Positions 49,801-58,604 of a DNA stretch of 64,000 nt are shown piece after piece. A program made the position numbers and the translations under genes. The first letter of the stretch is position 1; each line of letters begins with the position of its first letter. Source of the DNA: Pseudomonadales bacterium (GTDB taxonomy: Bacteria; Pseudomonadota; Gammaproteobacteria; Pseudomonadales; Azotimanducaceae); NCBI GenBank assembly GCA_965267275.1, contig OZ253950.1, positions 121,333-185,332 of the forward strand, written 5' to 3'. The notes beneath the pieces were generated by a model. It was not told the origin of the DNA. It saw only the letters and a list, made by a program, of their open reading frames with translations, and searched no databases.

Positions 49801-50663
49801 AACTCAACGTGCCGCACAAAGGCTATCTGGTCCAGGACTTCGAGGCGCTCTTCAATCCCGTTGGAGACAACTATTCCAGCGCCGAAACGAGTTACACGCG
49901 AGGTCTCACGCATCTCACCGTTGGCAGCTGGCTGAGCCATATCATGGAGCGGCAGTACGGGACTTCCGGCATTGCAGCGGGTCTGGGTATCGACCACTCC
50001 GTCTACCGCTTGACTGATGACGAGCGCGAAGACGCGGTGTGTTTTCTTTATCAACCCGAGAAGCCCAGGCGTTCCCCAAAGCTCGGCATTGATGCGCTGC
50101 GGATGGTCAAGCTTGCGCGGCCTGAAACGAAAATCTATGTCTACGGGTCGGATCGTGACCTGGATATAGATTTTGATGTCGAGAACATCGGTCTGATCCG
50201 TCATCTCGATGAGCTGAATGCGTTATATAACAGGTGTCGGGTCGGACTTTGTATCAGCATGTCGAACCCTTCGCGAATTCCGTTTGAGCTGATGGCTGCT
50301 GGAACGGTGCCTGTCGACGTTTATCGGTACAACAATCTCTTTGACTATGACAACGGCACGGCTATCCTCGCCTACCAGTCTCCGGCCTCCATCGCGACCG
50401 CCATTTTGGAGGTGCTCAATTCTGATGAGGTCTACGAGAAGCACCGTGAGAATTGCCTTGATTTCGTTGCTTCACGTTCGCTCGATTGGGAATGCGATGT
50501 ATTCGTCAACGCCATCAGGGCACAGGTGCGGGGCTGGGCGGTGGCAAGGCCCCTGACCCCGCCCATGTACACGATGCAGCCGCTGATAGACGCCGCGGAT
50601 GATAATGTGCACGTACGCGCCTTCTGCGATTGGCAGAAGAAGTTGGCGCTTGGATTGTCCTAA
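46887..50663 (+). CDS. Multidomain glycan biosynthesis protein: N-terminal repeats, HAD-like domain, C-terminal GT4 (WsaF-like)
   Basis: Repeats FD..WYL..YPDV...NP..HY; SWDVWDTL and HVGDNLEAD (HAD); GSGGHRTIF, SRIPFELMAAG (GT-B). Confidence 0.75.
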   Translation: MGTLTIHEQAEAIFDERWYRSQLEDDLPGDVDLFAHYLETQAADALSPHPLFDTAYYAAQAGQALGSTNPLLHYLEIGAAMHFAPHPLFNGRWYLTMHKDVHAAGQNPLVHYLRYGASEGRNPSEQFDHHWYLSQYPDVAEANQNPVVHYFLYGRREGRFKNSQEKLAHQVSSEKAGSLAFALDSPSWDNQQLADSQSSAFELDLTDETRLVSWDVWDTLLYRTCHPDEIKMASARYLLLRRPADIKPGYRHLGALYQARRRAENKLAHTADYEFEFAQACLAWLAEVLTPSMSDVMLCDLRNEVLRHELRAERRATRRDDAVWQAIAAADVPMVFASDFYMPESFLQELLHGNGADSFFIKGYASSEERANKRTGALFEQVLSEFELEPEMLLHVGDNLEADVNAAERLGIRTQHYDRPGAVTTRELQNQALQGKLLGKPDAYEAPLLQILGTPHAAPSGLGQKESELWNYGRRFAPVAVGFALSILQDAVQHGADTIYLFTREGVFVKKLLDRLIALDPFYLESYPVTQLLEVSRVATFAPSLEVINRTSLMRMWTMYARQSPAGLCASLNLTEAQTRPLFEEAGFDYAVEVHAPWKNEDFVAVVEGDAFQGIVEESVGEQRRLLKSYLAERGLHDQTQSAYVVDLGWRGTIQDNLSALLGVPLRGTYLGLFEFLNEQFPGSRKGGWLFDLNAEADWHVGYEIAPLEMLFNGAGGSVSHYSQEHEHVVAVTSVEPDEERVFEEYVAHFQAGVLDALPPLAEFIAVRGLLAQDLRDVARKIVAAALRYPPPLIADAFFALKHNETFGTGAYDQMGSGVQQFLDARADLAGSRLHAAASALLEEARWPEGFLRQKRISELIGKHDADVELHLPCQYLQQQEAGDSPEPTVGIFTPAPLIGSGGHRTIFNVARRLVEAGFRVNCILEDEGEGLDVAYDYLRGSGATVELGWHLPREMDYALATIAHSAPVVEQLNVPHKGYLVQDFEALFNPVGDNYSSAETSYTRGLTHLTVGSWLSHIMERQYGTSGIAAGLGIDHSVYRLTDDEREDAVCFLYQPEKPRRSPKLGIDALRMVKLARPETKIYVYGSDRDLDIDFDVENIGLIRHLDELNALYNRCRVGLCISMSNPSRIPFELMAAGTVPVDVYRYNNLFDYDNGTAILAYQSPASIATAILEVLNSDEVYEKHRENCLDFVASRSLDWECDVFVNAIRAQVRGWAVARPLTPPMYTMQPLIDAADDNVHVRAFCDWQKKLALGLS

Positions 50664-50694
50664 TGTCCCAGTCGCAATTCCAGGAAGGTCCGCG

Positions 50695-51564
50695 ATGACC
50701 ACTAAAGTAGTCCTACACGTCGGTTTGCATAAAACAGGGTCGTCGGCTCTGCAGGAGTTTCTGTCTGCAAACACCGCGCTGCTTGCCTCACTCGGTGCGG
50801 AGTACCCCGAACGGCTCAGTGCGTTCCCGGCCCATCAGGAGTTGGCGTGGTGCCTCATGAAACAGGCGCCCGCGTGGGCTGATCGAGCTTATGTTGCCAA
50901 GGAGGTGCTCAGTCACTATCGAAGGCAGGCAGAAGAATCTGACCGCGAGATCCTGATACTGTCGAGCGAGGATCTCAGTTCCCTCGATACGGATCCTGCG
51001 AGTATCGAAGCGCTGCGGGAAACGTTTGCTGACTACGACGTGTCCATCGTCGTTTATCTACGACCGCAGATAGATTTCCTCGTCTCGCTTTATCACCACG
51101 CAGTGCGCAGCGGTAACGAGCAGCGAACTTTTCTGGAGTATTTCCAAGAGAGTGTGCGGCTGCGCGCTGTGCAGTATGAGAGAAGGTTGGCCGTGTGGAA
51201 TCGGATATTCGGTCATGAGCATTTGTTGATCCGGCACTATGATCGGGCTACCGCGAAGCAAGGGGGGATTGCTAAGGACTTTTTCGAAGCACTCGAGCTC
51301 GATGTGTCTCTGGATGATGTGGCGCCCACCGTGAACATTGGCATCCATCCCGCTCTGTCGGAAGCGCACCGCTATATCAATAAGCTGGCCGTGGAGGGCA
51401 CCGAGGTAGGCAAAGCGAAGCGCACTTTGCTTGATCTGAGCCGCACCCTGCCGAAGGTCGATGTTGCCAGCTACTATCTGGAGGAGAACCAACTTTCATT
51501 GCTCGAAAAGTTGTTTGAAGAAACAAATATTGCGCTCAAGAATCAATATGGCTTCGATCTGTGA
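50695..51564 (+). CDS. Sulfotransferase-like P-loop protein
   Basis: VVLHVGLHKTGSSALQ, ILSSEDL, VYLRPQIDFLVSLY. Confidence 0.65.
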   Translation: MTTKVVLHVGLHKTGSSALQEFLSANTALLASLGAEYPERLSAFPAHQELAWCLMKQAPAWADRAYVAKEVLSHYRRQAEESDREILILSSEDLSSLDTDPASIEALRETFADYDVSIVVYLRPQIDFLVSLYHHAVRSGNEQRTFLEYFQESVRLRAVQYERRLAVWNRIFGHEHLLIRHYDRATAKQGGIAKDFFEALELDVSLDDVAPTVNIGIHPALSEAHRYINKLAVEGTEVGKAKRTLLDLSRTLPKVDVASYYLEENQLSLLEKLFEETNIALKNQYGFDL

Positions 51565-52418
51565 AGCCGGAAAGAAAAGACCTTTCCAGGATCTACACCG
51601 GCTTTGAGCTCAACAAGCTGGCGCAGGGGTTTGCGCGAACACACTCGCTGCTGAAACGTCTGCTGTCGGGGGTAGGAACATCAACTGCTCAATTCGTAGA
51701 GCCGGTCAAGACTTTCTATCGACTGAGACCGGAGGGCGTCCAGGCGCAACTCTCGCCAGGCGACCTCACTTTTGTCGAGGCATTTGTCTCAACAGTCTCT
51801 CCCCGGCGGATTGTCGAAGTTGGCGTTGCTAGCGGATTTACGAGCGCCTACTTGCTTATGTCCGGTGTGCGAAATGGGAAGGGGCAGTTCGAGTCGCTGA
51901 TCAGCTTCGATCCCGCGGAAACTGTGTTTTGGAATGACGTATTGCCGACAGGGTTTGTCGTACCCGAACTTGTACCTGAGCTCACCTCCAACTGGCAGTT
52001 TCAAAGGGGAAAAACGTTACTCGATGTGCTTGATGACCCGCCCTTCGAGTCGCCGGTACTCGCGATTGTGGATGGAGAGCATCGGCATCCATGGCCGCTG
52101 GTCGATGTGCTGGTGTTGCTCGATAAAATGCCGACGGGCAGCTGGATCCTGCTGCAGGACATTCGTCTGCCGGAGCGGTTAATGGGTGACGCAATGCGGC
52201 TGGATTGCGATCCGGCGGCGGGCTTCTATGGCCCGTCTCTCGTGTATGACCTTTGGACAGGTCCCAAGGTGCGGGGCTTGGATGCTGCTTTCAATATGGG
52301 AGCAGTGCAGATCCCTGAAGAACGCGCTCAACTGCGTCGAAGTTTGCTGGAGACGCTTGTCTATCCGCCGGAGATAGAGATAGGCCCTGATGCACGGTCG
52401 TTTCTGGCCGATTTATAA
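51561..52418 (+). CDS. Class I SAM-dependent methyltransferase
   Basis: IVEVGVASGFTS, IVDGEHRHP, LLQDI; GTG start overlaps the upstream stop. Confidence 0.75.
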   Translation: MKPERKDLSRIYTGFELNKLAQGFARTHSLLKRLLSGVGTSTAQFVEPVKTFYRLRPEGVQAQLSPGDLTFVEAFVSTVSPRRIVEVGVASGFTSAYLLMSGVRNGKGQFESLISFDPAETVFWNDVLPTGFVVPELVPELTSNWQFQRGKTLLDVLDDPPFESPVLAIVDGEHRHPWPLVDVLVLLDKMPTGSWILLQDIRLPERLMGDAMRLDCDPAAGFYGPSLVYDLWTGPKVRGLDAAFNMGAVQIPEERAQLRRSLLETLVYPPEIEIGPDARSFLADL

Positions 52419-52488
52419 GGGCCGGGTTCGATAAAACTATACTGGCATTGAGTGTCAGCCGATTGCCAGATGGCTTGGTCTTCGAACG

Positions 52489-53793
52489 TCAGCCCGCGGG
52501 GATAGAAAAAGGCACTTCTTCTTTCTGCTCATTGCCGTGTTTTTCAGCCAGCAGCTTGTGGGCTTCGTAGGCTTCGTCCACACCAATTTCATCTCTAATC
52601 GATGCATTCAACGATTGCCACAGTTCACGATTGCCGCAGCATTTGAGCATCTTCTCAGCGAGATCGTTGACATCGTTAACATGGAAGTGGATCCCGTTTA
52701 CTTCGTCAAGGATGCGGTCTTTCAGAGCGCCTGCTTCTGAAGCGATAACCGGACGCCCGGCGTCCCATGCCTCGGACACGGTCAATACGAACGATTCAGG
52801 CCATATTGAAGGCACAACAACCCAGTCCACTGTTTCCATCAAAGTGACGACGGATTCGGAGGGATACGGACCGCGCTCATCAATCTCCAGGTTTTCGGGC
52901 TTGTCAGCCAAAATGCTTTCAATCCGCTCCAGGAAATCTGCAGTCGCATAGGTTTTGTTGCCGCCGAAGAGTCTGACAACGAAGTTTTTGTCTTCTTCAG
53001 CCAGCGCTGCCTTCACGGCTGCCGCCAGAAGGATGTCTATTCCTTTGCAATCGACATATTGACCGAAGAATCCGAAGACGTTGACCTCATCACTTGCTCT
53101 CTTCGATCTTTCGCCGCTGCGCAGGATGGGGTGGCCGTTGCCGATTACGGTGATTTTCTCGGGATCGATACCCCATTTGACATAGCGCTCGCGCAAATCG
53201 TCAGAGACGGCGATCAGCACATCCATCTCGTCAAGCATGAGTTGAAAGAGTTCGCGCCTCAGATGGAATTTATCTTCTTCAATTTCTGGGAAACACTGAA
53301 CACACTGGCTCGGCGTGAAGTCTGAGCAAATCAGATTGTTGCTTCTCTTTAACAGATGACCGCCGTTTATGCAGATGGGAATGTACTCATGCAGCGAAAA
53401 CAGGAAGGTCGCGTCAGGCAGGAGCTTGCGCAGCAGCATGATGGTGTCGATGCCGATCAACACCGTGTGATGTATGTGGACGATGTCGGGCTTTATTTCT
53501 TCAACAAAGTTAGTCAAGTTCCCCACCAGACGTTCGTCCAGCATCATTTGCCGGAAATCGTCAAACTTCCGAGTGAGCAGAAGAAATTCGTTGTCTCGAC
53601 GTTCAAAGGAAGTAATGGGAGCGCCGGTCCGCGTGTATTGTGGGAAGGTTGGGGCATGTATTGCGCCCAGGAAATAGGCTTCCCAATCGCCCTGACGCTC
53701 TACTTCCTTGAATAAATCGTAAGCAACCTTCTGGGCGCCGCCCCGCATGACGTGCGGGTGATATAAAGAAAGAGAAAGGTATTTGGGTTTCAT
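52489..53793 (-). CDS. Glycosyltransferase family 4
   Basis: RGGAQKVA, VHIHH, SLHEYIPIC, KGIDILL, VPSIWPESF..EA. Confidence 0.85.
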   Translation of the reverse strand: MKPKYLSLSLYHPHVMRGGAQKVAYDLFKEVERQGDWEAYFLGAIHAPTFPQYTRTGAPITSFERRDNEFLLLTRKFDDFRQMMLDERLVGNLTNFVEEIKPDIVHIHHTVLIGIDTIMLLRKLLPDATFLFSLHEYIPICINGGHLLKRSNNLICSDFTPSQCVQCFPEIEEDKFHLRRELFQLMLDEMDVLIAVSDDLRERYVKWGIDPEKITVIGNGHPILRSGERSKRASDEVNVFGFFGQYVDCKGIDILLAAAVKAALAEEDKNFVVRLFGGNKTYATADFLERIESILADKPENLEIDERGPYPSESVVTLMETVDWVVVPSIWPESFVLTVSEAWDAGRPVIASEAGALKDRILDEVNGIHFHVNDVNDLAEKMLKCCGNRELWQSLNASIRDEIGVDEAYEAHKLLAEKHGNEQKEEVPFSIPAG

Positions 53794-55350
53794 CTACTTC
53801 CACCTCTCGATGGCAATGGCTTCGTTTTGAATTCTCTCGTAGTCCGATGACCATTTTTCGGTAAAACGGTATCGGTTGATGTCGGCGCAGAACGCCCCGA
53901 TCGGGCTGGTGTGCTTGGACACGCCCTCGAGATGATAAAACAGCGCGTCATTTACCAATCTGACCTTGGAGCCGCTTTCCTGCAGCCGGAAACAGAGGTC
54001 GGCGTCCTCGTAGTGAGCATAGATGAAGTCGACGGAAAGGCCGTGTAGCCGCTCGATAGTCTGGCGATTGCAGCTTATCAACGCCCCGGTCGTCGCAGGC
54101 ACGACTTGTATATCGTCATCGTAGAATCGATCTTTCTTAGTGCTGCCTTTGCCAAAGTGCTCCACTCTCAGCAGTTCGTCCCGAGCGTTCATGTTGGGCT
54201 CGTAATAAAGATCTTTCTCGATGTACATCCCTGCATGCATCAACGCGCCGTTGCCGTAGTTCAGCAGGCAGGAGTAAATGTCTTGGCCGCAGTCGAGACT
54301 CAAGAAGTCGCGCAAACCCTGAGCTTTCCCGGCGATTGGGAACACGTCGGGGTTGATCATTGTTATGCGGTCGGTTTCTGCATATCCAATGCCCGCGTTG
54401 TTGGCGCAACTAAAGCCGCTATTGCGGGACATGACGTAAACACGGATGGGGATCCGGTATATCTGGTAGAGCGCCTTCGTTTGTTGAAGAAACTCGTCCA
54501 GATCGACTTTGGTGGTACCGTTGATCACTAGAACGAAATTGATGTCGCGCGCGTCGAGATATCGGCTGAAGAGAATGTATTGCGCTGCGAAAAATTCGAA
54601 CTCGTTGTACAAGACTGTAATGAGGCTATTTGCGGTTCGCGGCACGTCACCTAGGGAGCAAACCATGGTGCTGGATACGTCATCGAGTACGCCTTCCCAT
54701 AGGTGCGCGACTTTATCGCTGAAGTATTTGGCAATTTGTACGCGCGTAGCGGCGCTGATACTCGGGCTCAATGCCCGATAGACGTTCGCCAGGCTGTTCA
54801 GAAATACATCCCGGCTCTCCGGTTTGACCGCGAAGGTGTGTTTCGCTGTATTGTTCGATAAACCTACCGTGGCCTGGTTCGCTCCGATCGGACGAGGAAG
54901 ACGCGCGACAATGACAAACGCGGCCAGCATTCTTTCATCGCCAATAGCGTTGCCGACGTCCCGCCTCGCGAAGAAGATGCCGTCTTCAGCACTGATGGAG
55001 AAGCGGAAGTACCCGATCTCCATCACAAAGGTTGGCATGTCGAACACGTTTCGATTGCACCAGCCGACGAGCACGAACGTCCCATCTCGGCACGCGGTCA
55101 ACTGCTCCAGAACGATGAGCACCTGCGAAGTATCGGTACCGCGGTACTCGCCCGCGCCATAGGTTTGATAGTGATCCTCAGGTGATTTTAACTGCCCTTT
55201 CTCGAATGCTTCATGGACGTCGGCGTTCTCTCTTAAGTACTTGTCCTCGAGAAAGACGACGTCTTCCGGTTCAGTAACAATTTCTTCCTTATCAACTGTC
55301 TTCCGTAGTATCACCTGTTGGCTCCCAGTACGTTTCAAGTCCATACCCAC
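53794..55350 (-). CDS. Glycosyltransferase family 2-like protein
   Basis: NSGFSCANNAG, INPDV, ATTGALI, YEDADLCFRL, YHLEGVS. Confidence 0.75.
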   Translation of the reverse strand: MGMDLKRTGSQQVILRKTVDKEEIVTEPEDVVFLEDKYLRENADVHEAFEKGQLKSPEDHYQTYGAGEYRGTDTSQVLIVLEQLTACRDGTFVLVGWCNRNVFDMPTFVMEIGYFRFSISAEDGIFFARRDVGNAIGDERMLAAFVIVARLPRPIGANQATVGLSNNTAKHTFAVKPESRDVFLNSLANVYRALSPSISAATRVQIAKYFSDKVAHLWEGVLDDVSSTMVCSLGDVPRTANSLITVLYNEFEFFAAQYILFSRYLDARDINFVLVINGTTKVDLDEFLQQTKALYQIYRIPIRVYVMSRNSGFSCANNAGIGYAETDRITMINPDVFPIAGKAQGLRDFLSLDCGQDIYSCLLNYGNGALMHAGMYIEKDLYYEPNMNARDELLRVEHFGKGSTKKDRFYDDDIQVVPATTGALISCNRQTIERLHGLSVDFIYAHYEDADLCFRLQESGSKVRLVNDALFYHLEGVSKHTSPIGAFCADINRYRFTEKWSSDYERIQNEAIAIERWK

Positions 55351-56209
55351 ATTCCGCCATCATGGGCATGCAGATCTCTTCGAAACACCGGATCTGCTCG
55401 CGGCTCCAGTTTGTATCGGAAAGTTTGCTCCAATACTTCTGTTTATCCGCCCGCGTCAGTTCCGGATGATCCTGCTCGAACGCGTCGGCTAATACCTGAA
55501 TTTCATTGGGATCAAGCTCGAGGTAGTCACCAATACGCTGAGCGAGTTCGGATGAGTGCTCCTGTAAATCGAAGTAGTCCACCGCCAGATAATCGCCGTT
55601 TAGTTTTGGCTTCTGAACCTCCCATCTCTTGATCGTATCCACCCACTCCTTGCAGTGCTGCTCGAAAGATACGTTAGGCCACTTACGCTGCTTGGAGCTG
55701 ATATTGTCGATGCCGCGGCGCTGGCAAAATATATATCGGGATCCGGGAAAGTACTCCACAAGGTAGTCGATCGCTTCGATGGGTTCTCGAGTGGGCGTCT
55801 TGTCGAGGAAATAGCCTTTGGTGCCAAGCTTGAGGATATGAGACTGGTAGAGGGCTACGATCTGATCCTTGACCTCCGCTTTATCCATCTTGGCGAGCAT
55901 AGTGCCGTGGTTCAAAGCTTCGCGGTTGCGTTCGTAGTAATCATCGGTGGTCTGTAGGAGCGCCCGCAGCAAGCCGATTGCATGACCTTCGCCGGGACCG
56001 TGATAACGCGTCTTTGCCAGAGCGTTGCGGAGCGCACTAGTACCGGACCGTGTCGATCCGAGGACGTAAAGATGTATCGTATCTGTTGGTGCTACCAAAG
56101 GTTGTCTGTCGCTTGATCTGCCGCCCGGTCTGTGTCGATGGGGAAGCGTGCTATTTGGGAGATGTGGTCGATCCTCGAATGCTCTTTCAGCGCGAATGCC
56201 CTCGTCCAT
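55292..56209 (-). CDS. Sulfotransferase family protein
   Basis: YVLGSTRSGTSAL, FLDKTP, CQRRGIDNISS, VDYFDL; true start uncertain. Confidence 0.7.
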   Translation of the reverse strand: MDEGIRAERAFEDRPHLPNSTLPHRHRPGGRSSDRQPLVAPTDTIHLYVLGSTRSGTSALRNALAKTRYHGPGEGHAIGLLRALLQTTDDYYERNREALNHGTMLAKMDKAEVKDQIVALYQSHILKLGTKGYFLDKTPTREPIEAIDYLVEYFPGSRYIFCQRRGIDNISSKQRKWPNVSFEQHCKEWVDTIKRWEVQKPKLNGDYLAVDYFDLQEHSSELAQRIGDYLELDPNEIQVLADAFEQDHPELTRADKQKYWSKLSDTNWSREQIRCFEEICMPMMAECGYGLETYWEPTGDTTEDS

Positions 56210-56392
56210 GGGGTCTTGATAGCGAAACGTACCGATGTGGGGTGAAGTTTAGCGCTGTTGTTGTTTAAGTAGAAGACACTCGACGTGAAAGGCGCGTGAT
56301 TTCGCCACTCGGAGCATCTGATATAGTGGCTATCGAGTTCCAGGCAACAAGCTGGAAGACACGGATTTCCAAATGAAGACTGAGCACAGCAG

Positions 56393-57328
56393 ATGAATAC
56401 GCAACCCAAGTACTACAGCGCTTTCGGAGGTATGTGGATCGATCGGGAGGATGCTCCAGAGCTCCTCGCTCAAAAGGTTCGGGATGGCGAAGTCTCTGAG
56501 GCGGATGCAGAAGACATTCGTTTCTTCATGGAGAATGGCTATCTGATCATTCGGAACGCGATCACGGATGAGATGATCGAAGCCTTGAATGCTGACTTCG
56601 AACAGTGTTTTACCGAGGAAAATGAAGATGTCTGGGTGGATTGGGCTGACGAAGAAGGCCGGAAGATTGAGCTCGTTCGGCCAAAGCACCTTGGAGGCAA
56701 GATCAAGGTTTTGGACCTCTACTCTCACTTCGAATCAGCAAGGCGGATAGTACTCTCGAACCGCATAGTCAGTTTCTTGGAGAAGGTATTCGAAGAACCT
56801 GTGCTGGCCTTTCAGTCGCTGAGCTTCCTTTGGGGAACTCAGCAGCGAATGCATCAGGACACGGCCTACGTGATTCTCAATGACCCGATGAAGCTTTGTG
56901 CCTCCTGGGTGGCGCTCGAGGATGTCCAGATCGGTTCTGGCGAGCTCGAATATTATGTCAAGAGCCATCGATTGCCGGAGTTTCTCTTCGCTGGAAACAG
57001 TCGGCGGATGCTGGATGAACCTGACCGGCTCAACGATTTTCTTGATTACCTCCAGTCCGAATCGCAGCGACGAGGGTTGGAATTGCAGCAGCTGGTGATC
57101 AACAAAGGTGACGCGCTGATCTGGCATGCGGATCTTGCGCACGGGGGAAGCCGCATTGTTAACCCGGAGGCGACACGCAAAAGCATAGTGACACACTACT
57201 GCCCGCTCAGCGTCGACCCGGAGTATATGAGTCGCCCGTTCCATTCGGACAAAATGCAGTTCAATGCGTCGGCTTTCTATGCGCATCAACTCAGGGGGCG
57301 GCAACGGTCTCTCTGGCGTGGTGATTAG
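56393..57328 (+). CDS. Phytanoyl-CoA dioxygenase family (2OG-Fe(II)) protein
   Basis: HQD iron motif, WVALEDV...GEL, IWHADLAHGG, RKS. Confidence 0.85.
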   Translation: MNTQPKYYSAFGGMWIDREDAPELLAQKVRDGEVSEADAEDIRFFMENGYLIIRNAITDEMIEALNADFEQCFTEENEDVWVDWADEEGRKIELVRPKHLGGKIKVLDLYSHFESARRIVLSNRIVSFLEKVFEEPVLAFQSLSFLWGTQQRMHQDTAYVILNDPMKLCASWVALEDVQIGSGELEYYVKSHRLPEFLFAGNSRRMLDEPDRLNDFLDYLQSESQRRGLELQQLVINKGDALIWHADLAHGGSRIVNPEATRKSIVTHYCPLSVDPEYMSRPFHSDKMQFNASAFYAHQLRGRQRSLWRGD

Positions 57329-57563
57329 CCGAAGTCTCCTCCCGTTCAGGGTTCGTTGATCGCGCGACCCACCGGGACAGTCGCGCCTGATGTCGAGTCA
57401 GAGACATCAGCTCGTCGGCCAATCGGGTTCGCTGAAAGCAGAACCTGGCGTTTCAGACGCTCATTCGTGCGCGAAGCATGGCGTCGAGTTTCGTAGCACC
57501 CTAGAATAGGGTTTGACCTTGCCGACGGTAAGGGCTCTGCCAATCAGAAAGACAGGACGTTAA

Positions 57564-58604
57564 ATGCGTGTTCTCGTGACGGGTGGCGCCGGCTTCATCG
57601 GCTCTGCTCTCGTACGGACGTTGATTCAAAACACGGACAGCGAAGTTTGCACCGTCGATAACCTGGCTTACTCCGGAAGCCTGCTGAATCTCCAGCCAGT
57701 TCTCGAAGACCCCAACCACAGGTTTGAACAGGTCGATATCTGCGACGCCGATACCCTCGGTGCTGTCGTCGACGATTTCGAGCCGGATGGCATCTTGCAT
57801 CTTGCCGCCGAAAGCCACGTCGATCGCTCCATAGATGGCGGCGAGCCGTTTGTGATGACGAACGTGCACGGCACCTACGTCATGCTGGAAGCCGCGCGCA
57901 AACTGGCCGCCCGCAAGCCGGTTCGATTCGTACATGTATCCACGGATGAGGTTTATGGCAGCCTGGGCCCGACGGGGAAATTTTCAGAAACGTCCCCGTA
58001 TCAGCCCAACTCACCTTATTCGGCCACCAAAGCTGGCTCGGATCATCTCGCCAGAGCCTGGTTCGAAACTTACGGCCTGCCGGTGATCGTCACCAACTGT
58101 TCGAATAACTACGGACCCTATCAGTTTCCTGAAAAGCTCATCCCCTTAGTCACACTCTCAGCGCTCAGCGGCAGCGAAATCCCCGTCTATGGCGATGGAC
58201 GGCAGGTCAGGGACTGGCTGTTCGTCGATGATCACGTGGAGGCTTTGATGACCGTAATGGACAAGGGCGCGCCTGGAGAGACCTATCTCATTGGCGGCAA
58301 TTCGGAACGTACCAATCTGCAGATCGTCCAGGCGATTCTTGACGCCGTCGCAGAGTTGACCGACGCAGACCGGGACGCGCTCCAGGGCCTGATCATGCAT
58401 GTGCAGGACCGCCCGGGGCATGATCGTCGCTATGCCATCGACGCGAGCAAGCTGCGCCGCGAGCTGGAATGGGAGCCGAAGCAGAAGTTCGAGGACGGCA
58501 TTCGCCGGACTGTCGCCTGGTACATCGAAAACCAGGCCTGGTGTGACGAGGTAGGGAAAGTTTACGCCGGCGAGCGGCTGGGCAGGATAGCGAACCAGTC
58601 ATGA
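57564..58604 (+). CDS. rfbB: dTDP-glucose 4,6-dehydratase
   Basis: VTGGAGFIGS, HLAAESHVDRSI, STDEVYG, YSATK, DRPGHDRRYAID. Confidence 0.96.
   Translation: MRVLVTGGAGFIGSALVRTLIQNTDSEVCTVDNLAYSGSLLNLQPVLEDPNHRFEQVDICDADTLGAVVDDFEPDGILHLAAESHVDRSIDGGEPFVMTNVHGTYVMLEAARKLAARKPVRFVHVSTDEVYGSLGPTGKFSETSPYQPNSPYSATKAGSDHLARAWFETYGLPVIVTNCSNNYGPYQFPEKLIPLVTLSALSGSEIPVYGDGRQVRDWLFVDDHVEALMTVMDKGAPGETYLIGGNSERTNLQIVQAILDAVAELTDADRDALQGLIMHVQDRPGHDRRYAIDASKLRRELEWEPKQKFEDGIRRTVAWYIENQAWCDEVGKVYAGERLGRIANQS

Noticed and set aside
56092-56409. ORF overlapping the sulfotransferase start, suggesting a frameshift
   Set aside because: No recognisable motif or slippery site; cannot be distinguished from a chance ORF without homologues.
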